Source of the DNA: Saccostrea echinata | Taxonomy: Eukaryota | Direction: 5' to 3' | NCBI RefSeq assembly: GCF_033153115.1 | Contig: NW_026889751.1 | Coordinates: forward strand, 62,001 to 126,000 | Length of the DNA stretch: 64,000 nt | Shown here: in pieces, positions 11,670 to 25,496 of the stretch | Numbering within the stretch: position 1 is the first letter of the stretch | Layout: each line of letters begins with the position of its first letter | Notes under the pieces: generated by a model | The model's database searches: none | What the model was told of the DNA's origin: nothing | The model's input: only the letters and a program-made list of their open reading frames with translations | Translations under genes and position numbers: made by a program

Positions 11670-14600
11670 ATGGCGGATGTTCTGAGGATTTTGTACATTC
11701 TGATCCTGCCTGCTGTGATACATTCTGGTAGGAACAATGCTGATTTCCTCCTAAGTTGACTATACACTGTAACTGTACTGAAAAAGGATGTCACAGTTCG
11801 CAGAATCTATATTTGTATCTCAGCAACTTTGGCTACTTTGGTGCAAAACTGACTTTCCCCCTTTGCTTTAAATTCATTAATTTTGTGTTTAACAATAACA
11901 TTTGCCTTACGAATGACTGTGACTGCAGTCAACACGTGTACTTAAAAAAAGAGACCAAAGCAACGATTTCTGAATTAAGATGACCAAAGTCTAATCAAGG
12001 TTTACCTATACGTTCAAATTATCTTATAGCAAAATCTATGACAAATGTATCCTCTGGCTACGCGTGGAAATTAATATTTTTTTTCTAAACGAAATTGTTT
12101 TCAAGGTAATTTTTTAACTGCCATACCTAAGATATTTTACATTCATAGTACACACTAACCTCACCATGAAAAGTAGGAAGTAGAACAATTATTAGGTCAG
12201 AATAGATAAACATTACATCATATCTGACTGACTTTTCACACGTCATGAAGAATAATGATATCTCGAATTGTAGCAAACTTAAGAAGCAAATTTAAGGATT
12301 TGACATTTTAAATGTAATCTTAACAGTAACAAAGCAATTATAACAAAGTTTCATCTACCTGGTATCAGCTCTTTATAACGATAGTGTGTGTTTATCTTCA
12401 AATCTGCATTTTGACCAATGTTATCGGAATTTTGAGATTGATATTGGTTTTCCCTTTTCCCCTGCAATTCTCACTTGCCCTTTAGAGTTATAGAATGTCA
12501 GATTCTACCCCCAGATTCTGGAAGCTCCCACGGTTGTGGTGGCCATGGTTATCTGACAACCAATAACGGTCTGATTAACAGCCAGTCTCAGGGGTCTAGG
12601 TACCACAATAACGCGGATTGTACGTGGCGGATCCATGCTCCTGTAGGGAAGGTTATCAGACTTACTTCTACATACTTTAACCTGGAGGCAGATGATTCGT
12701 AAGTTTTCGCTACAGTTGGCTTTGTTCTGTTTCCTTCACCAAATTTTCATTTTCAACTTTTTTTTCTCATTTTTTCCCGGCTGGTGAAACTAAATTTAAT
12801 AGCTTAAATTTCATTTCTCTCACTTTTATGATAGAAATATGTTATCATAACATAAAAAACATTCAGCAAGCAGAGGGCATTTCTTTTTGAATTATTTTCA
12901 TTTTCACGGGTAAAGAAGTGTTGAAGGATTTTGTTTTAAATAAACAGATGCAGTTATGACTACCTGAATGTATATGATGGGTCAAATACAAATGCAAAAC
13001 TGCTTGGAGAATTTTGTGGACATAGATCAATAAACCTTGTGTCTTCTGGTCAAAACTTATACTTAGAATTCATAACAGATGACAGCGACGTATTCAGAGG
13101 ATTTGAATTATCATACAGATTCATTCAAAGAACAGGTAGGTAGAAAGTTATATATTATTGATTTATCATACCACCTCTTGAAAAACGGGGGTATATAGTG
13201 ATAGGGGTACCCATTTCTTATCCCCAACTCCTCCTGTACCACTGAGTAAAATTTATTGAGATTTCACAGAATCTTTTTTACATCTTGACATAGTGCACCT
13301 CCTATTTATTTTTCGTTTCAACTGGCCAAAACATTTTTTTTCCATGGCAAACATGGACACTGCCATTCTTTCTATAACATTGAGGGTACCCATCTCTTAA
13401 CCGTATCTCTTCCTATACCACTGAAAAAAATTTAACGAGACTTTCACAGGATCTTTATTGCATTGTGCCATTGTGCACCTATTATTTTTCGTTTCGATCG
13501 AACAGATATTTGGGGTTTTTCATAGCAAAACATGGACACTGCCATTCTTTCTATAACATTGGAGGTATCGATCTCTTATCTGCAACTCCTCCTATATCAC
13601 GGAATAAAATTTAATGAGACTTTCACAGAATCTTTCGAACATAGTGCCATTGTGCTGCTCCTACAATTTTTTTTATTTCGATCGGACAGATATTTGAGGT
13701 TTCCATAGCAAATCATGGTCACTGCCATTCTTTCTATACCATTGAGGGTACCCATCTCTTATCCGCAGCTCCTCCTATACCACTTCAATAAAATTTAATG
13801 AGACTTTCACAGAATCTTTATTACATTTTGCCATTGTGCACCTTTTATTTTTCGTTTCGATCGAACAGATACTAAACCGATCGATACCAGAAGCGATCTA
13901 AGCTCATTTCAAGTTGGTTGTTTAACGTCCCTTCAAGAACTTTCACTAATATTGAGATGCCACCACTTACCGGTGGAGGGCTGCAAATTTAGATATGTAC
14001 TCGGCATTTGCGGCCTTTCAGCAGTGAGGAATCTTTTTTGTGTCATCATATTAATAATAATAACTTTTATTTATTAAAGATAGCTGTGGTGGTCAAGATT
14101 TCCAATGTCAAAACCACAAGTGTGTAGACTACTCTTGGGTATGTGATGGTGATAATGACTGCGGAGACGGAAGTGACGAAAGAACTTGTACCACAACCAC
14201 TACCCCGATTTCCGGATCTGGTACAGCCCATCCTATTTCCTCAGGTAAGGAAAGGGTGAATAAATACATGTAATCAAATATCGTTTTTTTTTTTTGTTGT
14301 TTTTGTTTTTGATGAAGGTGTGATAATAAATCTAGACTCTCATTAAATTAATGCTAGGGGTTTGCCAGACGGACGAGTTTTCTTGCCCTGACCACACGTG
14401 TATCCCACAGATCTGGCGATGTGATGGTGACAATGATTGTGGAGATAACAGCGACGAACGGAATTGTGGAGGTTTGGCAGGAACTACCGTCTCTCCAGCT
14501 CTCTCATCCGGATGTGGAAGTCCAGGCACACAGACTGGCATGCTGGGAAGTTTCCACAGTTTGAATTATCCTTCAAATTACGATAGTGACATGAACTGTC

Positions 14601-17600
14601 GATGGGAAATCAACGTGCCTACAGGCATGGTGAGTTTTAACGTCATTTTAAATGTATACAGTGTATGTAAAGATCAAAAACATTTTAACCAAATATGCTT
14701 TTCTGAACTAAGGCACATTTAGGACGAACATTGCTACGAAAAAAAGGCGCAAACAAAAGATATGGTGAATTTTGCCTTTAAAATATTTAAATTAAGTTTC
14801 CACCAGGATTGTTTCTCGGCCACGTTAGTGTGGAAAATGCATTGCGCTTGAGAAACATTCTCGTGCTCATCAGAAAGACATAAGTTCCATGTGTGCTTGT
14901 TTAGTATTTCCTAGAAAACTATTTTTATATATTATTCAACAGCATGTCATTACTAAAAAACACTAGAGAGTTTCTGAGAGAAAATGTAGTTTCTACACTT
15001 TTATTGTCCTGGAACATGCCCGGACTCAAATCCATACAAAAACATGTTGGGTCATGTAAAAAAGACCTATACTTAATCAAAACATGCCAACCATTTGTGA
15101 ATTAAAAGATATATGGAAAGTACTCTAACTCAATTCATAAAATTTTTTTTATCTATTAATAATTTATTGAGGCTGTTATTCGTGCAAAAAGGGGAGCATG
15201 TTAGTACTACAAAGTAAATTATCAATCGTAAATATAAAAACTGTAATGAAATTGCTTTGTTAAGTAGCAATACATGTATATTTATTTCTAAAATCTGCAT
15301 TTAATTAGTTCACAAAAGCAATGTAAATTTAAATTTTTTTTTTTTTTGAGCTACTGATAAATACAATAATGATAATCTTTTTATTTCTGTTTAGCACATT
15401 AAATTGATTTTCGCTGATAAATTTGGATTAGAAGACGCCCAAAACTGCGATTATGATCGAGTCACAATTTATAATGGAAATCAAAATAATCTAATCGGTG
15501 AGTTCTTTTTTTTTCTTTTTTTTTTTTAAATTCCTATGAATATTTCTGTTCACTTTTTACCTTGGCAGTGTCTGTGTGCCAAAAACTTATTTTTGGGTTC
15601 AATTTCGGATTTTAAGGAAGATACTGTGGTTCACAACACCCCACCACCATGGTTCTGTCTAGTAATCACGTTATTGTTCAGTTCCTCAGTGATGGAAGTA
15701 ATGAGGAAATGGGATTTCTCTTACACTGGTCAGCGACGAACGGTAATGGTTAAACAGAAATCTTAACAAGTAAAATATATTATTGTATTCAATTTGTACA
15801 ATTTCTTAGATTTTAGACATTTGTAATGTTAAGTTATCTTACGAACACAAAGATACACTTAGAAATGTGAAGATATCGAACAGTGATAAAGCTCAAAAGT
15901 CCATTAGAACAATACAATTGGGAGCAGAAGACCTCTAAAAACATCAAACTATTTACTAACTGCTTTTTCTGTAGCATCTGTTGTGGTACCTGGGGATTCC
16001 CACACCACTCCATCACCGACCGGCTTGAACTGCACCAGAGACATATACATCAACGGTAGTACATCGGGGACGATCTCCTCTCCTAACTTTGGGGTTGGCC
16101 TCCAATATCCACCAAGATCTGGATGTATATGGAGATTTTTTGCACCATTTGGTTATGCTATACGCTTGGCATACACGCAATTCGGTGTTGAGGGTGGTCG
16201 ATCATGTCCATTTGATTCTGTTACCGTATTTGATGGACAAAGTTCAACCGGAAAAATGATAGCAAAAAATTGTGGAAACACACTTCCTGCCCCTGTTGTG
16301 TCCAAAACCAATAATATGTATGTCAGTTTTGTCAGTGATGGAAGCACACAAGACATTGGATTTACAGCCACTTATTCAGCCGTCAAATTAAATGGTAAAT
16401 ATTGTATTGTCTCAATGAAAACCTGTATGCCGAAAAAAAAAGCTATGTATCTGATTTAACTTTCACTTCTTTTGCAGTATCAACACAAGCTGTTAATACG
16501 GACCAAGCTTGTCATGGAAGCACGCCACTTGTCCTTAACAGGACTTCCGGCTTCATCTATTCTGAGAAATTTACGTTGGGAATGAATTACCCGGATAATC
16601 TAAACTGCAGATGGCACATTAAGGCACCTGCAGACAAAGTCATCACTCTCCAATTTAACGTAATTTATATTTTACTTCTTAGACTTTTCCAGATTTACCT
16701 TAGTTTTAATTTATAAAGTATGTCAAGACTTGTTTTTTCTTCAGACTTTTTACCTTGAGAAAGATCGTGCATGCCAATACGACAACCTACAGGTGCTGGA
16801 CGGACCATTTGCTAGATCGCCACTCATCGGAAAGTACTGTGGAATTAATTATCCACAAAAACTGACTTCTACAGCATCAGACCTCTATATTCGATTTCAA
16901 ACCGATGAAAGTGAAAACGAGATAGGGTTCAACATTACATACACAATCCATGATCCAATTCGTAAGTTGTTTAGATGATGACAAAGACAACCAAAGAATT
17001 ACTGTACTCATTACTTCTAAAAGAACATCCCATCTATACTTCTCTGTAGCGTACTATTTCTCTTTCTTGAATTGAATAATAAAAGAATTTGTGATAATCA
17101 TATCCTTGGGAAAAGAGCAGTCTAGAAATGCTCTACGTATTTTTTGTAGCTACGTGCTCACCAAATGATTTCACATGTAGTGACGGAACATGTATAGACA
17201 GAAGCTCCGTTTGCGATGGAAGAAATGATTGTGCAAGTGGCAATGACGAAGTGTTGTGCAGTAAGTAGGAAGAATGAATACTGACTTATAATTCAGCAAG
17301 TTGTATCCTTTAAAATTCACATAGCCTCCTCTTTCATGCAGGTTCCAGCTGTGGGGTACCACCTATAACGCCATCTTTGGGTAACTCGAAAATTGTTGGA
17401 GGTAAAGAAGCTACCCCGGGCAGCTGGCCTTGGCAAGCCTCCCTGCAGTATGGCTCGTTCAGAGACCACATGTGTGGAGGTACCCTGATCTCCCCACAGT
17501 GGGTCATGACAGCAGGACACTGTTTTGAGGAGTGTGTTCAAAATTATATCTTTAATCCATTGGAATTACGATCTCTCGTTTAAGCAAATATTCATTTTGA

Positions 17601-18836
17601 AGTTAACAAATTTGATATCATCGATTTGAAAAACTAAATTTCGTAATTATAATAGAAAAAAATGAATCATTGTTTCCAAAAATAATTAATGTGAACTGAA
17701 AGAATGATTTAAAATCTAGTGACAGATCTCCGTCGAAATGGCACGTGTTATTGGGAAATCACCACATGAATAAACAAGATGCACACCAGGTGGAAGTGGG
17801 TGTTTCAAAGATTATTGTCCATGAAAATTACGATGAAGATACTACAGAAAATGACATCACTCTCCTGAAGTTGCAAACCCCTGTGACGTTAAATAATTAC
17901 GTCAATCTCGTCTGCTTACCTAAGCGAACTGTGTCCAATGGACAGCACTGCTACATAACAGGATTTGGAGACACCATGGGTATATTTTTTAGTTTTATAT
18001 TGAAAGAAATAGACTATTTGTATTTATACATAGTAATAAGAACGTTGAGTTACACCTTTCATATTTATCTCATGGCAAGCAATATACTTAATAATGAAAA
18101 AGAGAAAAAATGCACATTTGAAATTGGAATGTACACAAGGTGTGCAATATTAAACAGGAACTTGCTGTCGTAATGTGTTAAAGCAAGCAGAAATCCCTAT
18201 CATTGATGTGGGAAAATGTAACAGCACTAGATACACAGACGGCCAGATTTTTAGCACCAATATCTGTGCTGGATACGACAAAGGAGGGATTGATACCTGC
18301 CAGGTAACATGCTGTTCTCCATGTATTTACTTGATCTCTGAACTGGAGATAATCGATTATAATATACGAATTTGTCTTAATCTTGTTAGCTGTCGATCTT
18401 AATTTTTTGAAAACTTCCAAAAAATTTATCTTGAAATGTTGAATAATTTAAATATAAAAATATTTTTATTGAATTATATTTAGCTTTAATTAATTACATT
18501 CTAAAGGAATTGTAAAATAAAAATATTTTTAACAACATTAAGTTCTCTTTAAGGGTGATAGTGGCGGTCCGTTGGTTTGTAACATAGACGGCAAGTGGCA
18601 GATAGAGGGAATTACGTCATGGGGAGTAGGCTGTGCAGGTACTTGTATATATTATGTATTTATTTGTGTATCTGTCGATTACTTTTTTCTGATAATATGA
18701 GTCAATTAGGGATAATTAATTTTTTTTTTTAAATAAAGATCAATTGTTTCTTTTTCCAGATCCAATGTCGCCTGGGGTGTACACTAAAGTGTACGATTAC
18801 TTAAACTGGATACAAAAAACTATTGTTCAAAATTAA
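11670..18836 (+). CDS. Secreted multidomain trypsin-like protease: SP-CUB-LDLa-LDLa-CUB-CUB-CUB-LDLa-Tryp_SPc. 16 exons: 11670-11727, ~12488-12698, 12948-13135, 14080-14244, 14358-14629, 15395-15497, 15617-15742, 15975-16394, 16478-16659, 16745-16961, 17150-17260, 17342-17531, 17720-17979, 18158-18303, 18554-18638, 18760-18836
   Basis: Signal peptide [22 protein letters not shown] motifs ([21 protein letters not shown]). LDLa motifs ([12 protein letters not shown]). Activation site K|IVGG. Catalytic triad motifs TAGHC, NDITLL and GIDTCQGDSGGP, with S1 Asp. Ends [21 protein letters not shown]. Confidence 0.93.
13165..13870. repeat. Intronic ~180-bp tandem repeat array (~3.7 units) in a HINE-like element
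   Basis: Unit anchor gagggtacccatctctta at about 13204, 13382, 13561 and 13745. Confidence 0.85.
13912..14045 (-). mobile_element. SINE 3' fragment
   Basis: gttgtttaacgtcccttcaagaac...ccggtggagggctgcaaatt...gcagtgagga matches 3245-3370. Confidence 0.75.
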
Positions 18837-19139
18837 AACTGAACAACTGCACTATGGTATATTTCTTTTCAATAAGGATGTATGTTATTTATGTTTTTTT
18901 GCTCACACACTAAAATAAATATATTTTTAAAGCAAACATGTTGCTTTGTTTTATTGCGTGCATTTTCGTTGAGAAATATATGTACTGCATGTTAACAAAA
19001 AAAATGTATGTATTACAGTTCCTTATCTTTGACTTGAATTTTAACATTTTATTCCTTACCGTATCCTGGGCTTCCGAATTCGGGGGGGGGGGGGGGGGGG
19101 GGGCTGTTCAAACTCAAAGATCGAGCTTCATAAGTAAAT

Positions 19140-19935
19140 TATTAACTGCAGCTAAGGGGAAACTTTAAACATACTTTGCTACAGTATATTCTAAAAGTGG
19201 TGTAAAGCAGATATGGATTCTCAAAAACTCCGAAGAACTTTTAGCAAATTTAAAATTACCGAATTTTTCAAATGTCAGTAACATCAAAACTAACGACTTT
19301 TCTATGCTTTAAGCGACTATTTTTCGTGATAAATTAAAACAAGGCTTCCTGACATAATAGGCAACTGCTTCTTTAAAAAAAAATGGAAGTCGAAAATTTT
19401 CGTGTCATGTGATTGGTCATCAACAAAATCACTCTGATTCTACACACAAGTACATTAAAGTTGATATTAAGAGGATGTTGGAGTTCATCATCGACAACAT
19501 TTTTGTAGCCTTCGGAGACCAGGTCTTCCAACAAACTTTTGGAATACCGAAGGGTACTAATTGTGCCCCTTTATTCGCCGACCTGTTTTTATATTCCTAT
19601 GAAGCAGAATTTGTTCAAAAACATCTATATGAAAATAAAACACTCACTGTTTTTAACTCGACATTTAGATGTATCGACGACCTTTTATCAATTAACCTAT
19701 CATTGGGTCGTATTTTGGCTGAGATGTCTTATACGAATTGTAAGACCTTTGTTTTTATACTAAATTTTTCTATGGAATATTCCGTCTCCTTGATCAGTAC
19801 ATTGGTCTAACTGGGGACACTTTCTCTTCCTAGGCATCTGATCCCACCTCTGAAATTTCCATGTTTGATGTCCTGTTCACAGATTTGTATTGTTTGTAGA
19901 ATGCTTTTAGATCTATTACTGTTCTTTATCTTCAT
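19140..19935 (+). mobile_element. Decayed Penelope-like retroelement (RT fragment plus 3' end)
   Basis: [43 protein letters not shown]...FRCIDDLLSIN matches PLE-type RT motifs (GIPMG..AP..A.LFL, FRYIDD). Upstream stops and frameshifts are present. Confidence 0.8.
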
Positions 19936-20617
19936 CTTTTTTCACTTTGACTTGAATTTTAACACTTCATTATATACTGTATCCTGGGGGGAGGCAAAGG
20001 ACCTGTCAAGCTCAAATATCGTGTTTCACAAGTTCACTTAATCAGTTTTTAAGATAAAATTTACTCCACCATGACATGTCATTTTAAGACAATTTCCTGT
20101 TTTTTTTTAATGGTCAAAAACTGATAAATCCTTCGTTTCAATAAATACTATATTCTTCTCAAAAGAAAATCAATGAATTTCGATTGTTTTTCTTTAAAAA
20201 TAGTATTGCTTTTCTCAATTTTTAAATGGAATGTTACAGCACATTCATATGTAATATAAAACTAGGGAGAATATCAAAGTCGGAGTTTTTCAAGCAAGTA
20301 CCACTGCCACTGACCTTCGGGGATATGTATCTTTAAAACAGAATATTTTAAACAAACGTTAAACATGTTATAATTTAAAATTTATTTTAGGTTCGCTTCA
20401 CACTGAACGAAGACTCCGCTACGTTCTTTGTTCAGCTCCTGATCAAACTGAAATATTCAGTCATTGATTGGTTGTACATGCATGAGCCACGTCGTAAGAT
20501 CGTACCGCAGTCATTATGGTTGTTGTGAAAGCGGCCACAAAACATAAAACACGTAATATGGACGTAACAGTGACGTAGCTGGCGCTAATAAGTCGCCGTG
20601 AGAGCGTGAAATGATTT

Positions 20618-21711
20618 AAACCCCAGTCACACTGTCACGGCTGCACGCACAGATTGCAACGCTTCACCCCGATTTTATAGACCGTATGAGATCGTTATGC
20701 ATACACGATTTTTTTAGCATGAAAAACAAACGAAACGGTTGTTTGAAGATTATATAACGGTTCCTCAAGGTTACAGCGTTAACACAGTTCCATTAAGGAC
20801 CATGTTTGTCACACCACGGACACTTAACGGACAAGCACGGTATCCCGTGATGAAACCGTATAATGCGACGGTCTCACCAGGGATTGCCAATCTACGGTTA
20901 CAATCAAGCACGATAATGCTACAACGTCTCACGGCTCTTATATGAGCATGCCACGAATGACGAAGATTTTTAAGACGTCGCTACGCCTAAGCAAGTAAAG
21001 GAAATTAGGAAATAATGTGATCGAACGTTCAATCTTCAAGCAAGCTTCAATACATATCAAAATACTGATATATATAGAGGAATGAGAAATCAGATGTCAT
21101 TCTTTCAATTTAAAAAAAAAACAAAGAAAAAAAACGAAAAGGTGTTTCTATCCCTGAAAAATCGTAAATTACTAGTATCTCATATCACCCGTAATTTTAC
21201 CGTTAAAACAAGTGGTTATCCGTTAAAACTTTTACTGCTGCCTTATTTATAACGTAAGAAAAAATGGTTCACCACCATTATTTGTGAGTGTCTGTTTTGT
21301 TTCCTTGACTTTATCCTACAACAACGCTGGGCTTGGGGTTATTTACGGATTGTTCTTTCTATCCGTACGTTTATATTACTGTAACCTTCATACTCCTCGA
21401 GTATCCTTAGATCAATTGTGTCACGAATGACCCCGAAACACCAGGAAAGTCTATACGGTGGTTTCACGGTGATGGTAGGATAACAGTTGTTGGCGTGTAC
21501 GATGTCCCAGAAACAAAGAAGGATCCCGGTATTCCACGACTGTTTTTAAAACAGTCGTAGCGATTTACGGCTCATTCAGGATTTATTATCCGAGTTATCA
21601 GGGCTTACCACGACACTAACAACGAACGGACTGCGGATATCTAAGAATACATGCGGAACCCTTAACCGTAGTTTTCCGTGATCTGAAAACGTAACAGTGC
21701 GACTTGGGCTT
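20618..21711. mobile_element. Non-autonomous DNA transposon (PIF/Harbinger-like)
   Basis: Imperfect TIRs aaaccccagtcacactg / cagtgcgacttgggctt with TTA/TAA-like flanks, and CpG-rich subterminal regions full of acgg/ccgt motifs. Confidence 0.6.
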
Positions 21712-22589
21712 TACGATCAAGCCAAGCTTTCACTACGACTTAACTACAAAGCAACCGCTGTTACTACGTACTATCCTTCTGCGACTTTGTTCACTACCAT
21801 CATTAAAAATCACAACCTCATTCCGTTAATTTTGAGCATGTGCAGAATTGTCTGCCATTCCACGATATACCTCAATGTACCACGATCCCATTGCGTTCTT
21901 CATAAGACCGTGAAGACCTTGACACGACCCTAAGAAACCTTTCACGATTTAAGTAGATTTTAAAGTGGTAGCGCGGTTTTCGTCCATTGTTAAGGGAATT
22001 TATAAAATTGTAAGGACATGGTAAAAAAGACTTCTTAATGGAGCAGAGAATTGACATCCAGTCCCTAAAGGCACACAAAGAAGCACGACTCAAACAATCA
22101 GTGCCCGCCCTGGTGGAAGTATTGCTAGTGCACTGCAAAACAACCCTGCACCCACGCAGACTACCACTTATAAACCACCACCGCCTTAGGTAACAGTACT
22201 TCTGCAACCCTACAATGGTCTGATATCGCCAATCCAATGATGGATGACATATATGTCATATGTCAGTCTGTATGCTCTTATTGGCAGACAGGACATATTT
22301 GTTAAATACTACCGAAATGGTGAAACACTCGTTTCTTACTCTTGGAGATCAGTTTAAAGTAAACTTGATACGCATATTTCCAAAGATTCAGACAGGATGA
22401 CTGTGAATCTGACCTAGACAATATCAAACAAAATGATCTGAAGAAGTGATTTGGACTTAAGCGAGACAAACTTACTGGTAGTTGGCAGAGCTATCAAAAA
22501 CCTAAAACAATTAATTTGAGGTCAGATTTACATTCTGAAGCTAAAAAAGGAGGCCTAACAATTGGAATAAAAACGTTAGCCAAAATACG

Positions 22590-23270
22590 ACCCAGTGATA
22601 GGTTATATTTGCTACCAAGTATTTTATAACGATCACATGATTGGCAAAAGCCGACTTTAAAAGAGGTTGGTGAAATTCCTGTAATATCAACTTATTTGTC
22701 AGTTGATCGCCCCGGTTTAAAAATTGATCCTACTCAGAGCATGCCATATGCAGGTGATGTTGGAATATTACTACATTGATATGAAAGGAAAGTTGACGAT
22801 AGAAAGGCCAAAGTCATCCCGTTTGTAATTACAGTTTAATTTTCAGTTGGTCATTATAATCTAAAGTCAGTAAAACAACCCAATATGTAACAGATGTAGC
22901 AGAGTCTGTAGTGTCTTTTATTTCGAGTTCACTTGGATATTTCGAGTCTGCATATGAATGAGAATAAATATTTTTAATTGATAATACGCCATCGATAGAT
23001 CTTAATGTGGAGTTGAGGCCGCAGTATTTTCTTCTTCTCATGAAGAAGTTTTTAAATAAACACTGCTTCATATGAATATAAAAACAGGTAGACTAATATA
23101 AAAGCCCAATTAGTGCCTATCGGTATTCAATCAAATTGTAGGAAGAGTTTCATGGATATTGTCAATGAGGAACTCAGGCATCTTTTTAATATTAACTTCA
23201 GTGTACTTGTAGGTAGAATCAAATTGATTCTTAACAAAGTAATTTTGTTGATGACCAAATACAAAGCATG
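22590..23270 (-). mobile_element. Decayed Penelope-like RT fragment
   Basis: The minus strand gives NSTLRSIDGVLSIKN.....YPSELEIKDTTDSATSVTY. Homologous to 29270-30670. Confidence 0.75.
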
Positions 23271-23479
23271 AAAAATAATTGTCTACTTAAGTATAAAAGC
23301 GTCGCTATTTGATCGTGCGTTCGAATCACGGCCGCGACTGACCTAAGTCGATAAAAAAATAGGTTGCAACTGTTCCTACGCCATTAAATACAACCTGCAA
23401 AGTAAATTTTGTGCATGCTCACAATATATGTTTTTTTCTCAAGCTCAAGATCCATCTGCGTTTCCAAAAAGCTCCCATA

Positions 23480-24315
23480 TTCTGCAAAGAATTTTCACGA
23501 TCTAGATAGATTTTCAAGTAGTGCAATCTTTGTCCGCTGTGAAATGTGGTGATGCATCATATCAAAGTCGTGGAAGAATCGTACGTAGTAGCAAAGTTGT
23601 TTCATGGCAAAGTCGTAGCTAAAACTGGTCTTACAATCATTGTACGATCCATCCACACCCCTTAGGGTTATAGTAAGTGAGGTAAGGAAACGTAGTGCAC
23701 GTATCGAGGACGCAGTAATGACGTTATTGGATGCACAGATAAACATCACCTTTGCACCAGAACCTTTCCGTTGCAGTTACATCATTACTACGTCCATCCT
23801 ACGTGCCCTACATTTCTTTACCGCGATTGGTACGATCTCACAATGACTGTGGCCTTTACGACCAACTTTGTTTTCCCGACATGACTATTAATACCAGTCA
23901 GTTCAGTCTTTCGCTATGCAAATTTTGTACATTCTCAAAACTGTTGTACGTGTATTTCTTTCACGACCTACCATGCACAATGATGATCCCACTCATTTTT
24001 CAACAAGCTCTCTTTCTCTTTTTTAATGCAATAAAACGTAAATGCTTGAGCATGTACACTGTCGGGTGATTTCAATTTTGAATTAAATTCTTCGACTTGA
24101 TTTATAAGAAAATGTGTCACAACGCATGAATATTTTTCCTCACAAGTGAAAGTTTTGATTTCTTTCTAAATTTAAAAAACATCAGATATGAAGGCTTTAT
24201 ATACTCGTGTTGCGTAATGCTAGCATGATATACGATCTGCTACTGGGTAGCTGCACGAAGTTGTGCAATAGCAGACTCATACCGTGGCATGATATGGAAG
24301 GATTCTAGTGGGAAC

Positions 24316-24395
<80 letters not shown>

Positions 24396-24560
24396 ACGTG
24401 GTTTAAGAACGTGTTTGAGACGCGGAAAATATGAAGAAAACCCCGATTTTCCGCGTATTAGGATCGTAGCAGCATCCTAAATGTCTTCACATAGAAAGTA
24501 GTTTTTTTTTCCTACCTTACCACGATCCAGTCGCATTCATAAGGGAGGTCGTAGAAAGTT
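23480..24560. mobile_element. Probable decayed non-autonomous DNA transposon (CpG-rich, acga/tcgt motifs)
   Basis: Composition and motifs resemble 21720-22020. No clear TIRs were resolved. Confidence 0.35.
24320..24393. repeat. (TA)n microsatellite
   Basis: Uninterrupted TA run of about 74 bp. Confidence 0.97.
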
Positions 24561-25059
24561 TTCATTCAGTCAAATGGGCACCTTTACACTTTATTGATCA
24601 CATTGTGCATGTTTAATAATAGAGAAACATAAACAGTTTTATTTTTTAATGATATTTTTGTTGTATGATTGGATTTGTTCTTTTACTATTTGCTGGGAAG
24701 TGGTGAGGTGGATTAAGATCTTCAAAAATTCTTTATCACATTCAAATTAACAAAGATAATTTTTATTGTTATCCCAATTTGAAATTCATTGAGAGTTATT
24801 TGCCTGTTGTTTGTTGTGATACTCTTTTAACTTTGATATTAATTACTTTCCGAGTCAAAAGGTTGGGAAACCAATCTTAAAAAGTGTTTTTACCCTATAT
24901 GTAGTATTACACCTCATGGACTTAAAAGTTAAATCGTTCACCGATCACATGGACTTAATCAAGCACTCTTCCAATTCAGTGATGTCTTTTTTGAAAACGT
25001 GTGAGAATGCAAAACCTTATTCAGATTTTTGCAAAAAAATAGAATTCCTTCTATATAGC

Positions 25060-25305
25060 AATGAAACATGAAGATAACGAACAGTATTCAGTCTCGAAAG
25101 TCCAATGAAACGATACAAATTTGGAGCAGAGCAAACACGGACTTCAAAATTTAGAGGTGGGATCAGGTGCCATGGAGGAGTGGGCATCCCCCGCCGTGTG
25201 CTCCTTGACATGATCGGGAAAAAGACAGTTCAGTGTATAAATAATGGTCTAAGAATTAGTATGAAAAACGTCAGTCAGCATTTGACTCAATGATAGGTTG
25301 TATGT
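25060..25305 (-). mobile_element. Penelope-like 3' fragment
   Basis: agaggtgggatcaggtgccatggaggagtgggcatcccc and flanks match the PLE 3' region. Confidence 0.7.
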
Positions 25306-25496
25306 GCTGACAAAATTCTTTATATATTACAAGTCTTCAGAAACAAAATACATTTAATAAAACAATAAATACAAAATCAATAAATAAAATGCTTTAAATG
25401 AAGAAAAAATGTCTGCTATTGAGATTCTTTTGTTAAGGAATGTGCGTATAAAATTATACAGTACACTTGTATTAACTGAGTACATTTTATAAAATT

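Noticed and set aside
23300-23385. tRNA-like fragment (gttcgaatc)
   Set aside because: Only a B box and partial body are present. It is probably a remnant of another SINE and too short to classify.
20739-24069. Short ORFs between the two protease genes
   Set aside because: They fall in transposon-derived sequence and have no domains, apart from the PLE RT relic already listed.
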